This document shows, in pieces, positions 38,510 through 48,220 of a stretch of DNA of 64,000 nucleotides. Under the pieces are notes generated by a model that was given only the letters and a program-made list of their open reading frames with translations, was not told the DNA's origin and ran no database searches. The position numbers and the translations under genes are program-made. The DNA is from Candidatus Latescibacterota bacterium (lineage in GTDB: Bacteria > Latescibacterota > UBA2968 > UBA8231), in contig OZ242005.1 of NCBI GenBank assembly GCA_965204725.1, positions 3,200,001-3,264,000 of the forward strand. The letters run 5' to 3'. Positions within the stretch are counted from its first letter, which is position 1; each line of letters starts with the position of its first letter.

Positions 38510-40093
38510 CTATGCCACGACAAAGCACTCAATGACGTTGGCGGTGATGCGCGAGACGGTCTCGTCCACGAGAATCGAGGCCGGATACGTGATGGAGCCC
38601 ACGGAAAAAACCGCGCCGCCGCTCGCCGTCTCGTAGTGGATGATTTCCGCGCCGCCGCGGTCCGGGTTGATTCCACGGGCGATGACTTCGACGCCGGGGG
38701 GCGAAAAGGGGGAGGTCTTGTCGGTTTCGTGGCCGGAGGCGCCGCCGGGTATCCGCTCGTGCAGGCTGGCTGCGCCGAAGGCGTCGCCGGTTGTGACGCC
38801 CGTGCCGGCGAAAATCCAGTGGTCGGCGTCGAGGACTTGGTACGGCGCGGCCGTCATAATGCCCGGATGGGTAAAGACCACGCCGAGCAGGTTGGCCTCG
38901 GACTCGTTGTACTGGTGAAAGCGGCTCTCGTGGCCTTTGGCCCGTTGTACGCGGGTGTCGCCGTTTTTAACCTTCATCGTCTGCTCGTCAATCAGCTCCA
39001 CCTCGCAGTTGAGGCCGTTGCCTCCCAAGTACATGAGTTTGCCACCGCGCTCGCGCACCCATGCCTTGACTCCGTAGTACATCTTGCGCGACCAGTACTC
39101 GGGATGGGTGGTGATGATGAGGACTTTGTACTGGTCGAGGTCGAGTTGGTCAAAGTGCAACTGGGTCTCGGCGTACAGGTCGTAGGCAAAGCCCTCGCGC
39201 TCTAGCCAGCCGAGAAATCGCCACTCGGCCGGGGCGACGTGACAGGCGGCGCGGCCCGCAATGGGGTCGGTGACCTCAATGTCTGCGGGGATGTGGTTGA
39301 TCGGCTCGGGCCGGTCGAAGGAGAGCGGGGCGTAGTCCTCGGCGTCGTAGTTGACGTGTTCGGGGTCGGTGTAGCGCTTCAGTTCTAGGCGGGCGTTGAT
39401 CGTCGGCGTGGGCGGGAAGCGGTCGGGGTGGATGTAGTTGGAGCGTCCACCAAAATTGTTGTACGCGTTCCAGTTGATGTTGGCGGCGAGGACCGCGATG
39501 TCCGCGCTGGGGGCGGCCGGGGCGACGATCCAAGGAAAGGAGAAGAACGCGCCGGACTCGCCGCGGGCGTGGAAGTAGTAGAGGCCAGAGCGTTCCGGCG
39601 CGGCGACGAACTGTTTGTGGGAGGGGCTGGTATAACCAAACTTGTTCCACGTCACCCCAGTCTGCACGTAGTCGCCGTCCGGGGTAATCTGCATGGTGGC
39701 GCGCGGTCCGTGCTCGTCGAACCAGCCCAGCGGGCGGATGTGCTCTTTTTCCCAGCCGTAACGCCACAGGTCGAGTCGGTAGGCTTCGAGCGAGTGGACG
39801 CGAAACTCGGATTGTTCGCCCGCTTTGACCCATTTGGGCCAGGCGTAGCCGAGCAGCTGATGAGCGAGTAGGCGGAAGTGGTGGGGTCGGTCGGGGTGGA
39901 TGTTGACCGGCACGCGCTTGGGGCCGAAGCCGTCTTTTTGCAAGGTCGCTGTGTAGGGGCCGGGAGGGATGTCGGCGAAGACCTCCCCGGTGGCCCGCGA
40001 GCGGGTTTCGATGTGCAGGTTCTCGTTGGCGAGTTCGATCTGCACATCGTGCAGGGCGATGTATCGTTCGTCGCTGACGTAGCCGATTAGCAT
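38510..40093 (-). CDS. N,N-dimethylformamidase large-subunit family protein with N-terminal carboxypeptidase-regulatory-like domain
   Basis: [46 protein letters not shown]. Confidence 0.75.
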   Translation of the reverse strand: MLIGYVSDERYIALHDVQIELANENLHIETRSRATGEVFADIPPGPYTATLQKDGFGPKRVPVNIHPDRPHHFRLLAHQLLGYAWPKWVKAGEQSEFRVHSLEAYRLDLWRYGWEKEHIRPLGWFDEHGPRATMQITPDGDYVQTGVTWNKFGYTSPSHKQFVAAPERSGLYYFHARGESGAFFSFPWIVAPAAPSADIAVLAANINWNAYNNFGGRSNYIHPDRFPPTPTINARLELKRYTDPEHVNYDAEDYAPLSFDRPEPINHIPADIEVTDPIAGRAACHVAPAEWRFLGWLEREGFAYDLYAETQLHFDQLDLDQYKVLIITTHPEYWSRKMYYGVKAWVRERGGKLMYLGGNGLNCEVELIDEQTMKVKNGDTRVQRAKGHESRFHQYNESEANLLGVVFTHPGIMTAAPYQVLDADHWIFAGTGVTTGDAFGAASLHERIPGGASGHETDKTSPFSPPGVEVIARGINPDRGGAEIIHYETASGGAVFSVGSITYPASILVDETVSRITANVIECFVVA

Positions 40094-40171
40094 GAGTTAG
40101 CTCCTTGGTAAGTGGGTATAAGGGGATCTACGCGGGGATACAAAGGGGCGGCGGGAACGGACCCCTGACCC

Positions 40172-40840
40172 CTAATCGCTGCAATCGGCATAGGGTAAGG
40201 GGTCGTCGGCACCGGCCCGGCGAAAGCCGGCGCGGCGCACGCGGCAGCTCGCGCAGCGACCGCAGGCGATTTCTTCGCGCTGATAGCAGGACCAAGTCAG
40301 GTGCAGGGGGGCTGTGAGCGCTAGGCCGCAGCGGATGATGGCGGCTTTGTCCCAGTCTATGAGCGGGGTCTGGAGGCGCACTTGGGTTTGCGGGCCGGTT
40401 CCAGCGGCGACCATGCGCTCGTAAGCGGCGAAAAACTCCCGGCGGCAGTCCGGGTATTGGCTCTCTGCTTGGTGGGCACCGATGTAGATGTTGGCGGCAC
40501 CAAGGACCTCGGCCCAAGCCACGGCCACGCCGAGCAAGTTGGCGTTGCGGAAGGGGACATAGGTCGTGGGCAGGTCGGCTGTGGGCCCGTCTTCGGGCAT
40601 GGGCTGGGTCGCATCGATCAAGCTGGAGCCGCCGATCTGGCGCATGTACTCGAGGTCCACCACGAGGCGGGTCGCCACCTGAAAGTGATCGGCGAGGGCG
40701 GAAAAGGCCGTGAATTCGCGGCCTTCGGTGCGCTGGCGATAGTGCGCGTGGAGAAAGGCCAGTGGGCCACGGCGGGCGGCAATGGCCGCGGCGACGCAGG
40801 AGTCAAGCCCCCCGCTGACGAGGACGATTGCGAGACTCAA
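40172..40840 (-). CDS. queC: 7-cyano-7-deazaguanine synthase
   Basis: SGGLDS, TYVPFRN, YPDCR, TWSCY, CGRCASC; TTG start overlaps the upstream stop. Confidence 0.93.
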   Translation of the reverse strand: MSLAIVLVSGGLDSCVAAAIAARRGPLAFLHAHYRQRTEGREFTAFSALADHFQVATRLVVDLEYMRQIGGSSLIDATQPMPEDGPTADLPTTYVPFRNANLLGVAVAWAEVLGAANIYIGAHQAESQYPDCRREFFAAYERMVAAGTGPQTQVRLQTPLIDWDKAAIIRCGLALTAPLHLTWSCYQREEIACGRCASCRVRRAGFRRAGADDPLPYADCSD

Positions 40841-42006
40841 AGCAAGAGGACGACTTCGTTTTGGATGGGGGTCGTAACTTCCGGTCCGTTCTCTGGATCC
40901 ATGTACACATTGACTTCGAGCCGCACGCCAAACTCCGGCAGGTACGCCCCCGGCTCTACGGAAAAGCCCGTGCCCGGTAGGATTGACCGCGCATCGTGGG
41001 TCTCCAAGTCGTCGAGATTCGCGCCCAGCGCGTGGATGCTCGGCCCCGGGCCGAGACTGTGCCCGGTGCGGTGGACGAACTGCTCGCCTAAGCCGTGCTT
41101 GGTCATCACTTGGCGCGCCACGCGGTCGAGCTGCCAGCCTTGCAACACGTCGCCGGCGCGCCACGCGGCATTGAGCCGCGCCAGCACTTGATCGCGCGCT
41201 TCGCGCACAGCGGCAAAGACCTCGGCGTGCGCCGCTGGCACGTGCGGCCCGGCAAAGGCGACCCAAGTGATGTCGCCGAACACGTGCTGCTCGCCGGGGT
41301 GGCGCGCCCACAGGTCGATGAGGACCCAAGCACCCGGCTCAATGGCCGCGGCCGTGTCGGCCTGCGGTTCGTAGTGCGGATTGCCGCTGTTGCGATTGAC
41401 GCCGACGATCGGCGGATGCCCTATGTCGAGGCCGCGCCGCTCCAACTCGGCGACGATGAAAGCCTGAACGTCGAATTCGGTGAGGCCGGTGTGGAGCCGG
41501 TGGCGTATATAATCAAAGGCCGCGTCCTTGACTGCGGCCACTTGGCGGCAGGCGTCGCGGTGCGAGGCGAGCGCGTCCGCGCTCCACGTGGCCAAGGCGA
41601 CTTGGCACAGATTGGCCGAAGGGACCACCTCGGGGCCGAGGGATCGCACCAGATCTAAGGTTCCGCCATCGACCCAAGACACCGTGGGCAACGCGCCCCC
41701 GGGCCAGTACTCCATGGCCACCCGCGCCACCCCTCCCACCGCATGGCGCAACAGGGCATGCAGTTGTTTCCAACTAGCGTAATGCGCGATCTCCACGCCC
41801 AGCCCAGCGAGGGCCTCCGGCTCAACCGCCGAGCCGAACAGGCGCGGTGCGCCCGCCGCTGGCACGATGAGAAAGACTCGCCGGGTCGTTTGCCGGCGCT
41901 GGCCCAAAAGCTGCCACAAGACCGGATTGCCGCCGCGAAAATCGCACACCAACCAAGCACCGATCCCCTCCTGCTGCATATAGGCTTGTATTTTTTGTAA
42001 GTCCAT
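40837..42006 (-). CDS. M24 family (Xaa-Pro) metallopeptidase
   Basis: PHYEP, LIDLW, DITW, HRTGHS, FSVEPG.Y, GVRLE. Confidence 0.9.
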   Translation of the reverse strand: MDLQKIQAYMQQEGIGAWLVCDFRGGNPVLWQLLGQRRQTTRRVFLIVPAAGAPRLFGSAVEPEALAGLGVEIAHYASWKQLHALLRHAVGGVARVAMEYWPGGALPTVSWVDGGTLDLVRSLGPEVVPSANLCQVALATWSADALASHRDACRQVAAVKDAAFDYIRHRLHTGLTEFDVQAFIVAELERRGLDIGHPPIVGVNRNSGNPHYEPQADTAAAIEPGAWVLIDLWARHPGEQHVFGDITWVAFAGPHVPAAHAEVFAAVREARDQVLARLNAAWRAGDVLQGWQLDRVARQVMTKHGLGEQFVHRTGHSLGPGPSIHALGANLDDLETHDARSILPGTGFSVEPGAYLPEFGVRLEVNVYMDPENGPEVTTPIQNEVVLLL

Positions 42007-42028
42007 AATGAAAGGCTCCTCGGCTCGC

Positions 42029-44767
42029 TCAATCCTGTGCGGCAAACAACCTCTGTAGGTGCTCGCCCGTGTGGGAACCGGCCGCGTGGGCCACTTCCTC
42101 GGGGCGGCCGCAAGCCATGAGCGCCCCGCCAGCGTGCCCGCCTTCTGGCCCTAGGTCGATGACCCAGTCGGCGGCCGCAATGAATTCGAGGTGGTGTTCA
42201 ACCACCACGACGGTATTGCCTTCGTCAACTAAGCGCTGCAAGAGCGCGAGCAGCAAGCGCACATCCTCCAAGTGCAGGCCCACGGTCGGCTCGTCGAGTA
42301 TGTAGAGCGCGTGATCTTGGCGCGAGCGGCCCAGTTCGGCCGCCAGCTTGACCCGCTGTGCCTCGCCGCCGGAGAAACTAGTGGCCGGTTGGCCGAGGTG
42401 CAAATACCCCAAGCCCACTTCCGAGAGGGTCGCTAGCCGCTGCGCTACTTGGGGGACGGGCGCAAAAAACGCGCTCGCCGCGGCCACGCTCATCTCCAGC
42501 ACTTCGGCGATGTGGTGCTGGCGGTAGCGCACGTCCAAGACCTCGCCGCGGTAGCGTCGTCCACTGCAAGCGCGGCAGATGGCTTCGAGATCGTCTGACG
42601 CACCGCGGCCCTTGCACAGGTCGCAAGCACCCTCCGGGGCGTTGAAGCTGAAGTGCCCCGGTCGGTAGCCCCGCAGGCGAGCTTCGGGCAGCTCGGCAAA
42701 CAGGCGGCGAATCGGCGCGAGCACCCCGGTATAGGTTGCCGCATTCGAGCGCGCGGAGCGGCCGATGGGCCGCTGATCAACCGCCACGACGCGCGCGATC
42801 TGTTCAACCCCAGTGCAAGTGCTGTAAGGCAGGGGTCGCCGCTGAGCGCCGTGCAGTTTGGCCGCCAAGAGCGGGTGCAGGGTGTGGCTGACCAGCGAGC
42901 TTTTGCCCGACCCGGAAACCCCGGTCACGCAGGTCAAGGTCCCCAACGGCCATTGCACGTCGAGTTGGCGCAAGTTGTGGCCGCGGGCACCAGCCAGCGC
43001 CAACCACCCCTGCGGCCGACGCGCCCAGGTGCGCGGCAATTGCAACGCCCCGCGCAGGTAGCGTCCGGTCAGCGACTCGGTCGCGGCGACCTCGCCCGGA
43101 GTGCCCTCGGCCACGACCTGCCCGCCGGCGATCCCCGCGCCCGGCCCCATATCGACCAGCCAGTCGGCCCCGCGCAAGAGTGCTGCGTCGTGTTCTATGA
43201 GGAACACGGAGTTCCCGGCGTCGCGCAGTGCCCGCAGCGCGTCTAAGATCTGGGCGGCGTCGCGGGCGTGCAAACCGGCACTGGGTTCGTCGAGCACATA
43301 GAGCATCTGCGTGGTGCCCGACGACAGGGCGGACCCGAGGCGCAGCCGCTGAAACTCGCCGCTCGACAAGGTGTCGGCGCGGCGGTTCAGTTGTAAGTAC
43401 TCCAGCCCCAACTCGTGCAACAGGCTCAGCCGGCGGCTAATTTGAGCGCGGATGGCCTCGCCCATGGGGGCTGTAGCCTCGGGGAAATCGAGGTTCCCAA
43501 GCCACTCGGCCGCCGCGACCACCGCACACTCGCCGACCGCAGCAATCGACGCCCCGCCCAGTTCAACCGCGAGGGCTTCGGGCCGCAAGCGCGCTCCGCC
43601 ACAGCTAGCGCACGGGACATCGTCGAGGCGTTCCTCTAGCCAAGTCAATTCCTCGCCTTGGGCTTTCGCGCCGACGCGCTCCAGCCAGCGCTCCAGCCCG
43701 ATAAACCGCCCCCGCCGCCCCTCGCCGCGCCATAGCCGGGTGGCCGCTTGGCCGGCCCAGTCGCCCACGGGCTGTTCGAGATTGACCTGATGCCGCCGGC
43801 AGAAGGCTTGCAGGCGGTCGCGCAAATCGCCGTGCCCAAAGTCGTGCCACAGCGGACCCAAGGCCCCTTCGAGCGTGGCCCGTCCAGCGGCAAAGACCTG
43901 CTCGTAGTTCAAGCCACTCTGCACCCCGAGGCCTCGACACGCCGCGCAGGCCCCGGCCGCGCTATTAAAGGAAAACAGCGCGGGTTCTAGGGCCGGGAAG
44001 GGCGCACCACAGGCCGAACACGCCGGCCGCACCGAAAAAACCAGATCGCTTCCGGTGCCGCGGGCCGAGAGTACCACTTGGCCGTCGCCGACTTCCAAAG
44101 CCGCTTGCAGCGAGCCCGGCAACCGGCGCGTGATGCCCCTTTTGACGACGAGGCGATCGACGACTATGGACAGGTGCTGGGCACAGGCGATGTGTGCGGG
44201 CGCGACTTCTTCGAGCAGCAGGTCTCGTCCGTCGAGGCGCAGATGGCGGTAGCCGGCGCGATCGACTGCGGCGAGGACCTGCTCGGGCGTTTCGTCTGCC
44301 CGCTGGCGGCGCGGCGCGAGAATCATCAGGCGGGTCCCGTCTGGCAGGCTCCTAGCCGCTTCGCTCGCTTCCTCAAAGCGATGCGTCTGTACGCGCCCAC
44401 CACAGGCGAGGCAGCCGGGCCGACCGACGCGGGCAAAGAGCAGGCGCAACAGCTCGTACAGGCCGGATAGGGTGGCGACCGTGGCGCGCGGACTCGGGCG
44501 GCCGGCCCCCCCGGCCAGCGCGAGGGCCGGGGCCAAGCCGTCGATGCGGCCGGCCTTGGGCACGCGCAAGGTGCGCCAGCCGCCGCCTTGGTCCAGCGCC
44601 GCGAGAAAGCGCCGGCGGGCCTCGGCGTAAATCGTGTCCAATACGAGCGAAGTCTTGCCCGACCCGGACGGGCCGCTGACGGCCACAATGGATTCGTGGG
44701 GCAGGTCCAAAGAGACGCCGCGCAGGTTGTGTTCGCAGGCTTCGCGGACGACTAAAGTCGGCTGCAT
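42029..44767 (-). CDS. uvrA: UvrA-family ABC ATPase (divergent)
   Basis: EHNL, GPSGSGKTS, FSFNS, LSSGE, DEPS.GLH, GVSGSGKSS, FSGGEAQR, DLGPEGG; zinc-finger CxxC pairs. Confidence 0.85.
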   Translation of the reverse strand: MQPTLVVREACEHNLRGVSLDLPHESIVAVSGPSGSGKTSLVLDTIYAEARRRFLAALDQGGGWRTLRVPKAGRIDGLAPALALAGGAGRPSPRATVATLSGLYELLRLLFARVGRPGCLACGGRVQTHRFEEASEAARSLPDGTRLMILAPRRQRADETPEQVLAAVDRAGYRHLRLDGRDLLLEEVAPAHIACAQHLSIVVDRLVVKRGITRRLPGSLQAALEVGDGQVVLSARGTGSDLVFSVRPACSACGAPFPALEPALFSFNSAAGACAACRGLGVQSGLNYEQVFAAGRATLEGALGPLWHDFGHGDLRDRLQAFCRRHQVNLEQPVGDWAGQAATRLWRGEGRRGRFIGLERWLERVGAKAQGEELTWLEERLDDVPCASCGGARLRPEALAVELGGASIAAVGECAVVAAAEWLGNLDFPEATAPMGEAIRAQISRRLSLLHELGLEYLQLNRRADTLSSGEFQRLRLGSALSSGTTQMLYVLDEPSAGLHARDAAQILDALRALRDAGNSVFLIEHDAALLRGADWLVDMGPGAGIAGGQVVAEGTPGEVAATESLTGRYLRGALQLPRTWARRPQGWLALAGARGHNLRQLDVQWPLGTLTCVTGVSGSGKSSLVSHTLHPLLAAKLHGAQRRPLPYSTCTGVEQIARVVAVDQRPIGRSARSNAATYTGVLAPIRRLFAELPEARLRGYRPGHFSFNAPEGACDLCKGRGASDDLEAICRACSGRRYRGEVLDVRYRQHHIAEVLEMSVAAASAFFAPVPQVAQRLATLSEVGLGYLHLGQPATSFSGGEAQRVKLAAELGRSRQDHALYILDEPTVGLHLEDVRLLLALLQRLVDEGNTVVVVEHHLEFIAAADWVIDLGPEGGHAGGALMACGRPEEVAHAAGSHTGEHLQRLFAAQD

Positions 44768-44862
44768 TGCGCTCGCCTATTCGCGCATTTTAAGAAAGAC
44801 ATGGGTGCATAAAGCATAGGGGTTGGGTGTTGTACACTCCGAGAAGCAGACCGGCACTAACA

Positions 44863-44891
44863 TTGACGCTAAATCGCTTTGTATGTATATT
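44863..44891 (+). promoter_or_regulatory. Sigma70-type promoter of the TolC-MlaC-MMPL operon
   Basis: TTGACG, 17 bp spacer, TATATT. Confidence 0.7.
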
Positions 44892-44915
44892 AACTTAACT
44901 ATTTTTAATAAGTTA
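44891..44915. promoter_or_regulatory. Perfect spaced palindrome TAACT-N15-AGTTA (recurring motif, copy 3)
   Basis: Overlaps the end of the -10 box and the predicted +1, an operator-like position. Confidence 0.55.
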
Positions 44916-44920
44916 TAAAA

Positions 44921-46348
44921 ATGTACGGACCCGCGTTACCACCGCGAATTCCGCCTCTTCCGCCGCTGAGATTTCCCACTGGCATGCAAATTTGCGCCCC
45001 CTTGTGGCTAGGGGTTTGGGGCCTTGCTATATGCTGGCTCGTCCCGCCGGCCCGCGCCCAAATACCCGATAAGCACTGGACGCTGACCGAGCTTATCGAC
45101 CGCGCCTTAGACCACGACGCCGAGGTTGCGAGCAGCCGCTGGCAGGTTGAGTCGGCCACGGCCCGCCGGCGCCAAGCCGCGGCCGCCAAGTTTTTCCCCC
45201 GCCTGCGCCTTGACAGCGAAAGCGGCCTAGTCCCAGATGCTATGGGCAATGTGTTCAACCCGCCCGCCGATACCACTGGAATCCCGTCCTTGGGGCCGTT
45301 TGTGCGCGCTGAGTTGCAGTTTGTGCAGCCGCTCTATCCCTTTAGCCTCGGTCGCCACCTCGACGAGGCCGCCACCCGAGGGGTGGATGTGGAGCAGTCC
45401 GAGTTGTCGCAGACTCGGCTGGACGTGGCCTTTGCAGTCAAGGAGCTGTACTACGGGCTGCTGTTGGCCCAAGACCTCAGCGCCTTGGCGCAGCGCGTCA
45501 GTGAGGAACTGGACCGCAGGGTCGAGGAGTTAGACGACGCCCTCGCGCTTGCGCCGTCCGACCGCTACAAGTTGCGGCTGGCCCAGCTCGACTTGGGCGA
45601 GCAGCAGCGCATGGTCGGCGACCAATTGGCCTTGGCGCGGGCGGCACTCGCTTGGCGCACGGGCCTGCCCCGCGACGCGCCCCTGCTGCTGCGGGCCGAA
45701 GGACTCGCGCCGGTAGCGGCCTCGGTTCCGCCCTTAGACGAGTTGGCTGCCCAGGCCCTCGGCCAGCGACCGGAATGGCGCAAGCTGCAAGCGGGCCTCG
45801 CCGCCAAACACGCCCTCGCGCAAGCGGCCCGCGCCGCGTACCAGCCCCAAGTATTCATCGGCGGCGGCTTGCGCTACGCCGTGGCCCCGGGGCGCACCGA
45901 TCAGCGGAACCCATTTGTCAAAGATGAGTTCAACTTTTTTAATGGCGGCGTCTTCATCGGAGTGCGGCAATCCTTGGAATGGCACTTGTTGGCAGCAGAT
46001 TTAGATCGGGCACGCGCTGAATACCGCGCCCTCGAAGTGCGCGTCCCGGGCGCGGAGGAGGGAATTCGCTTAGATGTCCACCGCGCCTACTTGGACTATC
46101 GCCGCGCCGACCGCGACTTGCAAGGGGCTCGCCAGAGCCGCCAACTGGCCCGGCAGTGGCTGCGAGAAGCCCGCGACGATTTTGAGTTCGACCCGCAGAC
46201 CATCGGCGAATTGATCGCCGCCTTTGAGGCTTGGGCCCGCCGCGAGCAAGGCTATGGCGAAGCCCTATACGACTTTAACATCAGCGTCGCCCGCCTCGAA
46301 AAAGCCACGGGCGGGCTCGAATTGATTCCCCGCGATGAAACTCCTTAG
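44921..46348 (+). CDS. TolC-family outer membrane factor
   Basis: Signal peptide; two OEP helical repeats (FFPRL, QPLY, VKELYYGLL, RPE, YQPQV). Alternative start at 44984. Confidence 0.8.
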   Translation: MYGPALPPRIPPLPPLRFPTGMQICAPLWLGVWGLAICWLVPPARAQIPDKHWTLTELIDRALDHDAEVASSRWQVESATARRRQAAAAKFFPRLRLDSESGLVPDAMGNVFNPPADTTGIPSLGPFVRAELQFVQPLYPFSLGRHLDEAATRGVDVEQSELSQTRLDVAFAVKELYYGLLLAQDLSALAQRVSEELDRRVEELDDALALAPSDRYKLRLAQLDLGEQQRMVGDQLALARAALAWRTGLPRDAPLLLRAEGLAPVAASVPPLDELAAQALGQRPEWRKLQAGLAAKHALAQAARAAYQPQVFIGGGLRYAVAPGRTDQRNPFVKDEFNFFNGGVFIGVRQSLEWHLLAADLDRARAEYRALEVRVPGAEEGIRLDVHRAYLDYRRADRDLQGARQSRQLARQWLREARDDFEFDPQTIGELIAAFEAWARREQGYGEALYDFNISVARLEKATGGLELIPRDETP

Positions 46349-47612
46349 CGCGGTCCTGCTGTTGGCTTTGGCCAGCCACGGCGACAGCGGGGCCGACGCG
46401 GCGGGGCCGACGCGGGCCGTGGCGCGGCTGAACGCGCTGCTGGCGTCGCCCAACCGCGAGTGCGCCGGCTGGGCCTACCGCCTCGTGAGCGAGCACTTGG
46501 CCTTGGACGAGTTCTCCGCGGCGACTTTTGGCGACTACACTGAAAAGTCGCTGAAGGCCTACCGGAGCCTGCTCTCCGTTCCGCGCTTTACGCGCCTCGT
46601 TGAGCACTATCGCGGCCGGCTCATGCGGGCCTTTCAGCACCGCCTCCGCGCCGACTTGGCCGCCCAGCTCGCTGCCCCGGACTTGCGCGGCGTGCGCTTG
46701 GATAGCCTCGCAGTGCATGGCCAGCGGGCACGGGCGCAGCTTCGCGCGTTGTTTGACGCTCGGGCGCTCGACATGGAGGCCGATTTGATTTTCGCCAACG
46801 GGACTTGGAAAATCGCCGAGCTGACGATCGATGGCCGGGCCGTCTCCAGCCACTATCGGCGGCGCTATCAGTCCCTGATCAACAGCGGCCATTCTCCGCC
46901 AGTGATGGAAGCCCAGCTCGCCGAGCGCGAGTTTGTCGTCCTCGAGGACTTCGCCGCTACGTGGGACGGGTCGCAGCCGCTGGAGTGGGGGCCGTGGAAG
47001 AAAAAGGACCGCCACAAACCCGTGCTCTATCGCGTCGAGGGCCGCCCGCGGCGCTACATGGCCGCTCGCGATTCGAGCCACTCGGTGATCGTGGGAAAAT
47101 TCGCCCACTGGAATCCCCGCGAGTACCCGATTATGACTTGGTGTTGGCGGGCCGCGGCCCTGCCGCTGGGCGGCAACGAGTTCCTCGACGACGCCAACGA
47201 CAGCGCGGCCGGCGTGTACGTCATCTTCTCCAAGAATTGGCTGGGGGTTCCCAAACAGCTCAAATACGTGTGGAGCACGACCTTGCCCGAAGGCACGGTG
47301 GGGAGGCGCGACAAGATATTCCGGCCTTGGTTCTTCGTCGTCGAAAGCGGCGCGACCAACTTGGGCAAGTGGACCTTTGAGGTGGTTGACTTGGAGAAGC
47401 ACCACCGAGAAAAGCTCGGCGGTCGCCCGGCCGCGCGCACCATCGGCCTAGGGTTGCTGACAGACGCCAACTCAACCCGCTCGTACGCCGAAGCGTACTA
47501 CGCCGATCTGCGAGTCTGGACGCGCCAAGCCTTTGACGGCGGCCGCGTCGTCAACTACTGCGGCGGACTTCCCGTCCCCAACGGCGCGTACGCAGAGGAG
47601 AATTCGCAATGA
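46335..47612 (+). CDS. Periplasmic MlaC-like + DUF3047 fusion protein
   Basis: Signal peptide; WKIAELTIDG...YRRRY (MlaC-like); PIMTWCWR, DSAAGVYVIF, LKYVWS, VVESG, LLTDANST (DUF3047). Confidence 0.7.
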   Translation: MKLLSAVLLLALASHGDSGADAAGPTRAVARLNALLASPNRECAGWAYRLVSEHLALDEFSAATFGDYTEKSLKAYRSLLSVPRFTRLVEHYRGRLMRAFQHRLRADLAAQLAAPDLRGVRLDSLAVHGQRARAQLRALFDARALDMEADLIFANGTWKIAELTIDGRAVSSHYRRRYQSLINSGHSPPVMEAQLAEREFVVLEDFAATWDGSQPLEWGPWKKKDRHKPVLYRVEGRPRRYMAARDSSHSVIVGKFAHWNPREYPIMTWCWRAAALPLGGNEFLDDANDSAAGVYVIFSKNWLGVPKQLKYVWSTTLPEGTVGRRDKIFRPWFFVVESGATNLGKWTFEVVDLEKHHREKLGGRPAARTIGLGLLTDANSTRSYAEAYYADLRVWTRQAFDGGRVVNYCGGLPVPNGAYAEENSQ

Positions 47613-48211
47613 AAATGGTATGGTGCGCCGCGTGGGGTGCCCTTTGCGCGATCGCGGCCAGCGCGGCCGCAGCGGACGACCCCATCGCCTTCCTCAAAAG
47701 CCACGACGCCGAGGTGCAAGCCATCCTCGCCCAAGCGCCGGCCGACTCGCTGCCCCCGGCCATGCGGGAAGAACTCAAAAAGCACATCAATGCGGCCTTT
47801 GACTTCCGGGAATTGAGCCGCCTCGCCTTGGGCGATCACTGGGAAAAACGCTCCCCAAAAGAGCGCGACCACTTCGCCGCAACCTTCAGCAGCATCATCC
47901 GCGAGCAGAATTTTGCCAGCTTCTCCCGCTACTACCGAGAGGGCGAGATCCGCTACGAGTCGGCCGAGGTGCAAGGCGATGCAGCCGTCGTCCAAGCGCT
48001 GGTACCCGTGCGGCGCGAGCAAATAGCGATCGAGTACAAGCTCCATCGGGTGGAGGGTTTGTGGCGGATATACGACTTGGTCATCGACGGCGTCAGCACG
48101 GCCGAGGGCAACAGGCGGCGCTATGCCCGCTACATCGAGAAAAATGGCTACGAGAAGCTAATCGTCCAGCTCGACAAGCAGTTGGCCCGCCTGCGCCAAA
48201 CCCGGGATTGA
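47609..48211 (+). CDS. MlaC/Ttg2D/HpnM-family lipid-binding periplasmic protein
   Basis: FDFRELSRLALG.HW, IEYKL, WRIYDLVIDGVS. Confidence 0.88.
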   Translation: MKMVWCAAWGALCAIAASAAAADDPIAFLKSHDAEVQAILAQAPADSLPPAMREELKKHINAAFDFRELSRLALGDHWEKRSPKERDHFAATFSSIIREQNFASFSRYYREGEIRYESAEVQGDAAVVQALVPVRREQIAIEYKLHRVEGLWRIYDLVIDGVSTAEGNRRRYARYIEKNGYEKLIVQLDKQLARLRQTRD

Positions 48212-48220
48212 GCCGCCGCC

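Noticed and set aside
38085-40840. Dpd-type DNA 7-deazaguanine modification system
   Set aside because: No dpdA/TGT-like or dpdB-K genes are nearby; queC and queF fit tRNA queuosine synthesis.
40841-41329. Long N-terminal extension of QueC
   Set aside because: It overlaps the M24 peptidase in another frame; QueC homology starts at 40840.
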